The notes under the pieces were generated by a model. It was not told the DNA's origin and made no database searches. It was given only the letters and a program-made list of their open reading frames with translations. This document shows, in pieces, positions 17,279 through 23,731 of a stretch of 32,000 nucleotides of DNA. Both the position numbers and the translations under genes were made by a program. Every line of letters starts with the position of its first letter. Position 1 is the stretch's first letter. The stretch comes from Candidatus Saccharimonadota bacterium (GTDB lineage: Archaea > Micrarchaeota > Micrarchaeia > Micrarchaeales > Micrarchaeaceae), in the NCBI GenBank assembly GCA_963705375.1, contig OY970071.1, forward strand, positions 750,001-782,000, read 5' to 3'.

Positions 17279-17989
17279 TTAGTGGACAATCAGGGCGAAT
17301 AGCAGCACACCAGAAAGGCCGCCGCAGATGCCGCACAACACGTTAGACGTGTACTTGTTACCTATGCCTTTCTCCTCATAATAGCCAAGCATAGAATCCA
17401 CAACACTGCCCACAAATCCTCCAAAGAGGACACTCAACACTGCGCTTGATGCTAGTGGTGTTGATGCCATATAGAGTGCCTGAAGCTGATTTATTATCAG
17501 CACCATCATCAGCGCAACAAGTAGTGACGCCAGTATGCCTGAGAGCAGGCCAAGCAACGTCACTCCTCCTGAAGTGCCTCTCTTGACCTTCTTTAATGTA
17601 AAGATCATCCTTGGCATACCGTCGAGTATGCCTATCTCGCTTTCAAATTTATCTGCGGTTATCGCCGCAGTGCTGGCAACGAAGCCAATTACGCAGAGTG
17701 CCTGTGCCCTTCCGGTGCCTGTCATGGCAAACGCGAAGAATGCTATTGCTGCAAGGAGTGGCGGCAGGCCGTTCGCGAGCACGTTCTTCACACCTCTCCG
17801 GTCACTTTCTATTCCAAAACGCCTCTTTTTGTAATCGTGACCAACCTTTGTCACGAAGGCAGAAAGCACTAGAAAAAGGAGCATCGTAAGTATGAAGAAT
17901 GGGCCGAATCCAAGGCCTAGAAGCATGAGGGCGATTCCCATAGTCACAGCAAGCGCGAAGCCCTTTTTATCGAGAGTAAGAAACAGCAT
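17279..17989 (-). CDS. DUF92/TMEM19-family integral membrane protein
   Basis: 236 aa, polytopic. RRGVKNVLANG, ADKFESEIG, SGGVTLLG and DSMLG resemble the conserved DUF92 blocks. Confidence 0.65.
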   Translation of the reverse strand: MLFLTLDKKGFALAVTMGIALMLLGLGFGPFFILTMLLFLVLSAFVTKVGHDYKKRRFGIESDRRGVKNVLANGLPPLLAAIAFFAFAMTGTGRAQALCVIGFVASTAAITADKFESEIGILDGMPRMIFTLKKVKRGTSGGVTLLGLLSGILASLLVALMMVLIINQLQALYMASTPLASSAVLSVLFGGFVGSVVDSMLGYYEEKGIGNKYTSNVLCGICGGLSGVLLFALIVH

Positions 17990-18156
17990 ATAATTCCATT
18001 TTTATGAAACTAACAAAGGTTTTTAAGCTTATTTTTGGATATATTGGTACGGGTTCTATACTGTAGGAAGGTCGTGAAGAACTGGTCGCCTTGCCAGCGT
18101 GCTTCTGAGCACGTTGGCACTCTTCCTTTTCATGTTGCATTATATGTCTCTAAAAC

Positions 18157-18168
18157 GCTTATATACTT
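18157..18168 (+). promoter_or_regulatory. TATA box of radA
   Basis: GCTTATATACTT lies about 30-35 nt upstream of ATG 18197. A second TATA-like ATTATATG is at 18139-18146. Confidence 0.45.
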
Positions 18169-18196
18169 ATTCTACGCTATTACTATCGGTGTTTCT

Positions 18197-19147
18197 ATGC
18201 CTAAGGACAAAGGAGTAAAAGAATTAGAAGATCTTCCGGGCATAGGAGAGGCTACCGCCGATAAGTTGAGGACAGGTGGTGTAGACAGCATCGATAAGAT
18301 AGCTGTAATGTCTCCTTACGAGCTGAGTGAGCTTTCAGGGATAAATTCCGAAGCGGCAAAGAAGGCAGTGCAGGCCGCCCAAGAAGCCACCACTGTCAAT
18401 TATGAGACTGGCGACCAAATTCTTAACAGAAGGAAAGAAATAGGCAAGATCACAACAGGCTCGAAGGACCTTGACGATCTCATAGGTGGCGGGGTCGAGA
18501 CCAACGCCATAACTGAAACGTACGGCAAATTCTCAAGCGGCAAGTCGCAACTCGGATTCCAGCTTGTGGTTGCGGTCCAACTTCCTAAGGATAAAGGCGG
18601 CCTTGAAGGCAACGTGCTGTTTATCGATACAGAAGGCACTTTCAGGCCTGAGCGCATAGAGAGCATAGCCAAGGCCTATGAGCTTGACCCTTCAACAGTG
18701 CTTGCGAACATCATGGTCGTGCGCGCAACTACGACTGAGCAGCAGATCCTCTCCATAGACCGTGCGGACAAGCTCATCAAAGAGAAGAACATAAAGCTTA
18801 TAGTGGTGGATTCTCTCACCTCGCTGTTCAGGGCAGAGTTCGTCGGCAGGGGTGCACTTGCCGAGAGGCAGCAGAAATTGAATCAGATGATCCACAGGCT
18901 GCAAATGCTGGCCGACACGCACAGCCTTGCAGTGTACATCACAAACCAAGTGATGGACAACCCTGCAATACTTTTCGGAGATCCTACGACGCCGATAGGC
19001 GGCAACGTCCTGGCGCATGCTGCTACCACAAGGCTTTATCTCAGAAAAAGCAAGGAGGACAAGCGCATAGTTCGTCTTGTCGACTCGCCAAGCATGCCTG
19101 AAGGTGAGTGTGTGATAAAGATAACTCTCAACGGCGTGAAAGACTGA
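18197..19147 (+). CDS. radA: DNA repair and recombination protein RadA
   Basis: ORF 18035..19147 starts at a TTG far upstream. ATG 18197 gives MPKDKGVKELEDLPGIGEATADKL (HhH N-domain). Also Walker A GKFSSGKSQ and Walker B LIVVDS. Confidence 0.95.
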   Translation: MPKDKGVKELEDLPGIGEATADKLRTGGVDSIDKIAVMSPYELSELSGINSEAAKKAVQAAQEATTVNYETGDQILNRRKEIGKITTGSKDLDDLIGGGVETNAITETYGKFSSGKSQLGFQLVVAVQLPKDKGGLEGNVLFIDTEGTFRPERIESIAKAYELDPSTVLANIMVVRATTTEQQILSIDRADKLIKEKNIKLIVVDSLTSLFRAEFVGRGALAERQQKLNQMIHRLQMLADTHSLAVYITNQVMDNPAILFGDPTTPIGGNVLAHAATTRLYLRKSKEDKRIVRLVDSPSMPEGECVIKITLNGVKD

Positions 19148-19192
19148 TCGGCGTGCTCTTCATAAGTTTCTTCGCCGCGGATTTCATGGATT

Positions 19193-19975
19193 GTGTGCAG
19201 GAATGAGTTGGTATTTGTGCTGTTCTTAGTGGGTATAGGGCTGTGTGAAGACGACATAACTTTAAAGGCAAAGGATGTGTGCAGCAGATGCGATCTGTTT
19301 CTTGAGCGCTACACAAGCCTTGTAGATGACAACCGCATAAAATTCATCGAAAAACTTTTCGGAAAACGCATCCAGCAGCTAGATCGGGCAGACATGGAAG
19401 AGGATAACAAGGTTATTCTAGAGTTGGCAAAAAACAACGACGTTGCGGTGCTGATAAGCGGAGATCCTCTCGTTGCAACAACACACAAGATTCTGTACAT
19501 AGATGCCAAGAAGCTCGGCATAAAGGTCGAGGTCGTGCATGCAGCATCGGTGATGAGCGTTGCCATAGGTGAGAGCGGTCTCGACTTCTACAGGTTCGGC
19601 AAAGTTTGCACGATACCCAAATGGCATGTACACTATTCGCCTGTATCTTTCTACGAGACGATACGACTCAACATGCAGAACAACGAGCATTCTCTGGTGC
19701 TGCTTGATTACGACCCAATAGTTGAGAGTTCGCTGCAGATGCCTGATGTCGTAAAGGAGCTAAAAGCAGCAGAATCTGAATACAAGTCTGGCATCGTCAC
19801 CAGCGAAACGATGGTCGTTGTCCTTAACAACCTCTCACAGTCGCAGGCGGTCAAGGCCTTTGTGAAGTTTGGCGAGCTCGAGAAGCTGAACATTAATAAA
19901 GGCCCAACTGTAATAATTATTCCTGCCAAGCTCACAAGCATAGAGCAGGAGGTCTTGGACAGCATATATCGGTGA
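19193..19975 (+). CDS. dph5: diphthine synthase
   Basis: Tetrapyrrole-methylase fold: VGIGLCEDDITLKA, ERYTS, VAVLISGDPLVATTH. There is no ATG near the 5' end. The ORF opens with GTG 19193, but GTG 19217 (MLFLVGIGL) best matches the usual N-terminus. Confidence 0.85.
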   Translation: MCRNELVFVLFLVGIGLCEDDITLKAKDVCSRCDLFLERYTSLVDDNRIKFIEKLFGKRIQQLDRADMEEDNKVILELAKNNDVAVLISGDPLVATTHKILYIDAKKLGIKVEVVHAASVMSVAIGESGLDFYRFGKVCTIPKWHVHYSPVSFYETIRLNMQNNEHSLVLLDYDPIVESSLQMPDVVKELKAAESEYKSGIVTSETMVVVLNNLSQSQAVKAFVKFGELEKLNINKGPTVIIIPAKLTSIEQEVLDSIYR

Positions 19976-19979
19976 TTTG

Positions 19980-21146
19980 ATGCCTTTGCAACTAAGTTTC
20001 GACAAAAAAACAGGAGGCATCTACACAGTAGATCAGTCCACAAAGGATGTGCTGACTAGCGGATACTTTGGAGTTGCTCATGAAGATAGGCTTTCGCTCG
20101 CGCCTGAAGAAGGCCTCTTCTTGATGGATGTTAGGAATGCCGTGTGTGTATCTGCGAAGGAGGAGAAACCTCTGTCTTTCAACGAGATAGCCCAGGAATT
20201 CAGCACGGGAAATAAATTCCTAGCACGCTATTTCACATACAAGGATTGGCGCGATCGTGGACTCATAATAAAAAAGCCGGATCACACCTCTGCCGAAGGG
20301 AGCGTTCTTCCTGTTAAGAGCTATCGCGCCTCAAAACTGAAGCTTAAGGACTATTCAATGGATGGGGTTTTCTTCCCTGCAGACATGATGACGATAGTGG
20401 ATGATGAGGTGCAGGGCAAACTCATCTACGAAGAGCACTGGTTCGGTCAGTATGGGACCTATAAGACCAACGACCATGGCGTGCTGAACAAACTGGACGT
20501 GTATGAAACCCTCTTTCTCATAGACTGCGACGTCCTGCGCATCAAGAACTTCAGCCGCAAAGACATAGCAGAGCTTGCAAGCAAGCGCAGATCCGATTTC
20601 CAGAAGCTCTATGACGTGTACAAGGACTGGCGCAGCCGCGGCTATGTGATCAAGACCGGATTCAAGTTCGGGACCCACTTCCGGGTGTACTTTCCGCAAG
20701 CACAACCGATGAAGAAGGACGAGAGTTGGGTGCATTCGAGGCACGTCATCCATGTATTTCCAAGAGACGCCAAGCTGCTCATATCAGAATGGGCCCGGGT
20801 TATCAGGGTCGCCCATTCTGTAAGGAAAACTTTCATACTTGCGATACCTGGAAAAATCAGGAAGAAGCGCCTTGCGATAGATTTTGTGCTTTATCATAGG
20901 AAGGGCAACGGCATAGAGACTCCAAACACCGGAAGCCCGAGATATGCGATGCTTTCTCTGAGCGAAGAGGAGTATCTTGGCGGCAGCGAACTTTCTGCAA
21001 TAATCAACGATGCAGGAGAGCATAAACTGGAACTTATAATTGCAATCGCAGACAGAGAGACCGCTGTGACATATTATAGGGTCAAGAAGATAGAACTTCA
21101 GGGCAGCGAATACGAGTATTATGAGATAGACTGGATGCAGCCGTAG
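19980..21146 (+). CDS. endA: tRNA-splicing endonuclease, long single-chain form with three EndA-like units
   Basis: 388 aa from ATG 19980. Unit 1 (about aa 1-115) has an N-domain plus YFTYKDWRDRGLIIK but no catalytic residues. Unit 2 (about 120-295) is complete: YDVYKDWRSRGYVIKTGFKFGTHFRVY, HSRHVIHV, AHSVRKTFILA (Tyr/His/Lys). Unit 3 (about 296-389) is a C-domain-like repeat: DFVLYHR...LELIIAIADRETAVTYYRV. Confidence 0.9.
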   Translation: MPLQLSFDKKTGGIYTVDQSTKDVLTSGYFGVAHEDRLSLAPEEGLFLMDVRNAVCVSAKEEKPLSFNEIAQEFSTGNKFLARYFTYKDWRDRGLIIKKPDHTSAEGSVLPVKSYRASKLKLKDYSMDGVFFPADMMTIVDDEVQGKLIYEEHWFGQYGTYKTNDHGVLNKLDVYETLFLIDCDVLRIKNFSRKDIAELASKRRSDFQKLYDVYKDWRSRGYVIKTGFKFGTHFRVYFPQAQPMKKDESWVHSRHVIHVFPRDAKLLISEWARVIRVAHSVRKTFILAIPGKIRKKRLAIDFVLYHRKGNGIETPNTGSPRYAMLSLSEEEYLGGSELSAIINDAGEHKLELIIAIADRETAVTYYRVKKIELQGSEYEYYEIDWMQP

Positions 21147-21154
21147 GTGGGCAT

Positions 21155-21460
21155 GTGGCTGATTCGAAAGTTTACTTGATTGTTCATGGAGTAGTGCAGG
21201 GTGTCGGATACAGGCATCTTGTGCGCACAATGGCGATACGGCACAGCATACGCGGCTTTGTGAAGAATGACGAAGACGGCAGCGTAGGCATAGTTGCGAT
21301 GGGTCCTGCGGACGAATTAGAGCAGTTCATTCGCGATATAGACGTGCACTTTTCTGCCGGGCCATCTGTGGTACATATAGAACGGCCATCAGAAACTCCG
21401 AAAGGCTTCCCAGAAACGGACTCAATCGACAAACAGTCAAGGTTTATGATAATAGAATGA
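21155..21460 (+). CDS. acyP: acylphosphatase
   Basis: 101 aa, GTG start preceded by GGTGG. VYLIVHGVVQGVGYRHLV...GFVKNDEDGSV is the acylphosphatase signature. Confidence 0.85.
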   Translation: MADSKVYLIVHGVVQGVGYRHLVRTMAIRHSIRGFVKNDEDGSVGIVAMGPADELEQFIRDIDVHFSAGPSVVHIERPSETPKGFPETDSIDKQSRFMIIE

Positions 21461-21461
21461 G

Positions 21462-21572
21462 CGGGCCCGGGGGGATTTTCAGAACGCCTAGCTTTTGGCT
21501 GGGCTTTATTTTTTGAACCCCCGACCTACCGGTTAAGAGCCGGCCGCTCTAACCTACCTGAGCCACGGGCCC
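21462..21572 (-). tRNA. tRNA-Lys(CUU) with a 36-nt intron in the T-loop (position 59/60)
   Basis: Hand-folded: acceptor GGGCCCG/CGGGCCC, discriminator G. D-arm GCTC-AGGTAGGTTA-GAGC. Anticodon arm GCCGG-CTCTTAA-CCGGT. Variable loop AGGTC. T-stem GGGGG/CCCCC encloses 43 nt instead of 7. After excision it is 75 nt with T-loop TTCAAAT. No encoded CCA. Confidence 0.85.
21476..21511 (-). other. non-canonical tRNA intron (T-loop, relaxed BHB)
   Basis: Sense strand GGGGG-TTCA-AAA-...-TGAA-AAT-CCCCC. The 4-bp helix TTCA/TGAA has the 3' bulge AAT against the T-stem and an A-rich 5' bulge. An internal hairpin GCC-C-AGC/GCT-A-GGC is present. The A-run makes the exact register ambiguous, but the mature sequence is the same. 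Confidence 0.75.
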
Positions 21573-21594
21573 TGATTAGCTTGACACGCACAGG

Positions 21595-21608
21595 CTTATT
21601 ATTCTTTG
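21595..21608 (-). promoter_or_regulatory. TATA box for tRNA-Lys
   Basis: Minus-strand CAAAGAATAATAAG, centred about 29 nt upstream of the tRNA 5' end (21572). Confidence 0.45.
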
Positions 21609-21736
21609 TGGAGACGAGCCCTTTGGCGGCGAGGACATTCCCGTAGCAGTCTTTGAGTTACTTCCTTTTGCTCTTAGTTATAGTGATCACAAACACGACT
21701 GCAACGAGCAGAAGTGTATAAATATTTGCCAAATAC

Positions 21737-22159
21737 TTGTTTAGTGTGGAGGCGTTTACTGTGGCTGCAAAATACAAAATTGGGCAAGAAAGCGCATGGC
21801 TTACCCTGGAATTCGAAAAATGCATAAAATCAAACAATGTGGCATGCTGGGAATTTCAGGTTAAGACACTCTTAAAATTCGACTATCGCATTCCAGAAGC
21901 AGTTGTGGCAGTAATAAACGAACTAGAAAATCAGCCAAAAGAAGTGCCAATAACCATAACCCCTGCAATATTGGATAAACTTAAGGGCGTAGATGTGATT
22001 GATAGGGACTTTACAGTGACGCTCGTAGGTACTTATTATATACGCGGAGATGCGTTCTTGGCCGCATGGAATGCGAGAAGTATTATGCTCTGTGAAGACA
22101 TGCTGGCGCATATGACTTTTGACAGCGCAAAGCTTCCGAAGCTTAGAAAAGAGCGGTAA
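21737..22159 (+). CDS. hypothetical protein
   Basis: 140-aa ORF with a TTG start; in-frame GTGs at 21746 and 21761 are alternatives. TATA-like GTATAAATATTTG is at 21716-21728. I recognise no family. Confidence 0.45.
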   Translation: MFSVEAFTVAAKYKIGQESAWLTLEFEKCIKSNNVACWEFQVKTLLKFDYRIPEAVVAVINELENQPKEVPITITPAILDKLKGVDVIDRDFTVTLVGTYYIRGDAFLAAWNARSIMLCEDMLAHMTFDSAKLPKLRKER

Positions 22160-22179
22160 GGTATTGTAGCCGTGTTCGT

Positions 22180-23523
22180 TCATTTCTTGCTTTTCTTAAC
22201 GAAACCATCTATGATGTCGTCAAACTCCGTGCCTTTCGGCTTTAGCTCGTAGCTAACCTGCACTATTGGCTTTGTCACATTTATCAAGCTCCTGAGGTTT
22301 ATGGGGGTTGCAGACACCACTACGTCGCAATCCGCGTTGTTAACAGTGGCTTCCAGGTCACGCACTTCTTTTGGACTGTATCCCATAGCAGGCAGCTCTT
22401 GGTCAAGCTTCGGGAACCTTTCGAACACCTTTTTTATTGAGCCGACTGCATATTTCTTTGCACTGATGATTTCCTTTGCACCATACGTCTCAGCAGCAAC
22501 CCTTCCAGCACCAAACAGCATGTTGCCGTGCGTTATCGTCGGACCGTCCTCTATGGCGAGCACACGTTTTCCCTTTATGATCCTCGGATTGTCCGGAGTG
22601 ATAATGGAGTCTGCATACACTAACTTTGCATTTCTGTTTATGGAACGCAGATTTGTATCCAGTCTTTCCAACTGTTCCTTTGTGGCTGAATTTACCTTGT
22701 TTATCACCAGAACATCCGCCATTCTGACTGACGTCTCTCCCGGATAATATGAAAGCTCATTGCCGACCCTCAAAGGGTCTGCGACTGTTATCAGCAGATC
22801 GGGCTTTATGAACGGCAAGTCATTATTGCCTCCATCCCATAAAACTATATCTGCTTCTTTCTCTGCTTCACTCAAAATCTTGGCGTAGTCCACGCCCGCG
22901 AACACCACAAACTTGTTTTTTATGTGCGGTTCGTATTCTTCCCGCTCTTCTATCGTTGTTTTGTGTTTTTCCAGGTCCTTTAGCGTTTCAAATCTTTGCA
23001 CAATCTGTTCCTTTAACACCCCATAAGGCATCGGATGCCTTATCACTGCTACTTTCAAACCAGCGTTGCGTATGCGGCTTGCTATGTATCTGGACGTCTG
23101 GCTCTTGCCGCTGCCTGTCCGAACTGCGCAGACGGCTATCACGGGTTTGGTCGACTTAAGATAGGTGTGTTCTGGAGCAACAAGCCAAAAATCAGAGCCG
23201 TTTGAGTTCGCTATGCTCGCCTTGTGCATCACCTCCACATCGTCAAGGTCGCTGTATGACTGTACGCACACATCTACCTTGAATTTTTTGATCAACGTGG
23301 GCAATTCCGACTCATCAAATATATTTATGCCATCAGGATATAGCGTACCTGCAAGCTCTTTCGGATACATACGGTTAGATATGTAGGGTATCTGCGCCGC
23401 GGTAAACGCTACCACTTCGTATTCGCCATTATCCCTGAACAGCATGTTGAAGTTATGGAAAGCGCGGATCTATGCAGACCTATCGCGTCCTGCTGCCCCG
23501 ATAACGATGACCTTTTTTGCCAT
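22180..23523 (-). CDS. COG2403-family P-loop protein (often annotated predicted GTPase or cyclic 2,3-diphosphoglycerate synthetase-like), interrupted by a 21-nt BHB intron candidate
   Basis: ORF 22180..23445 carries the family body: FRDNGEYEVVAFTAAQIP, AVRTGSGKSQTS, IRHPMPYG, TIEEREEYEPH, LWDGGNND. The same frame continues upstream through one TAG (23470-23472) to ATG 23523 (MAKKVIVIGAAGRD), which has a GGTGA Shine-Dalgarno 6 nt upstream. If 23461..23481 is removed the product is 440 aa. Confidence 0.85.
23461..23481 (-). other. candidate BHB (endonuclease-type) intron in mRNA, 21 nt, contains in-frame TAG
   Basis: Sense strand GGA-CGCG-ATA-GGTCT-GCAT-AGATC-CGCG-CTT-TCC. Outer helix GGA/TCC, 3' bulge CTT, central 4-bp helix CGCG/CGCG, 5' bulge ATA, inner 5-bp helix GGTCT/AGATC, loop GCAT. 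Cutting after the 2nd nucleotide of each bulge excises AGGTCTGCATAGATCCGCGCT and joins ...CGC GAT|TTC CAT.... Confidence 0.65.
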
Positions 23524-23529
23524 ATCATT

Positions 23530-23534
23530 TCACC
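23530..23534 (-). promoter_or_regulatory. Shine-Dalgarno (GGTGA) for exon 1 of the COG2403 gene
   Basis: Minus strand ...AAATGGTGAAATGAT-ATG. There are 6 nt between GGTGA and ATG 23523. No comparable element precedes ATG 23445. Confidence 0.5.
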
Positions 23535-23692
23535 ATTTCAATCATATTCACCTAGGAATATACAAACTTTATATCTTCCGAATTTTTAGAACGCGCTTGC
23601 TTATGCATTGGCATCGCTTCTGTATCGTAAAGAACAGACAATCTAAAGACGCCTGTATTGCTATCAAGCTTCGTAAATGCGCACATTCCGAA

Positions 23693-23703
23693 GATTTAAT
23701 AAC
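23693..23703 (+). promoter_or_regulatory. TATA box of the surface-protein gene
   Basis: GATTTAATAAC is centred about 34 nt upstream of ATG 23732. Confidence 0.4.
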
Positions 23704-23731
23704 ATGTACTTAATATCTGATAATGTTTTGA

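Noticed and set aside
18035-18196. TTG-initiated 54-codon extension of radA
   Set aside because: It would place the radA TATA boxes inside the coding region. The extension is Cys- and aromatic-rich with no RadA similarity, and ATG 18197 gives the canonical HhH N-terminus.
21658-21825. 55-aa minus-strand ORF ending in a hydrophobic stretch plus a basic tail (LLLVAVVFVITITKSKRK*), resembling a C-terminal membrane anchor
   Set aside because: It is shorter than the ORF-track cutoff and overlaps the plus-strand 140-aa ORF and its promoter. It has no upstream domain to anchor, and the basic tail is simply the complement of a CTTCCTTTTGCTCTT pyrimidine run.
23470-23472. In-frame TAG in the COG2403 gene as a recoded sense codon (pyrrolysine or read-through), or as simple pseudogenisation
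   Set aside because: TAG terminates neighbouring genes (837-839, 6669-6671, 21144-21146), and no Pyl machinery is visible. The TAG also sits inside a 21-nt insert absent from the family consensus as I recall it, and that insert forms a strict BHB whose predicted excision restores the motif. Pseudogenisation cannot be excluded without RNA data and is kept as the null hypothesis in the finding.
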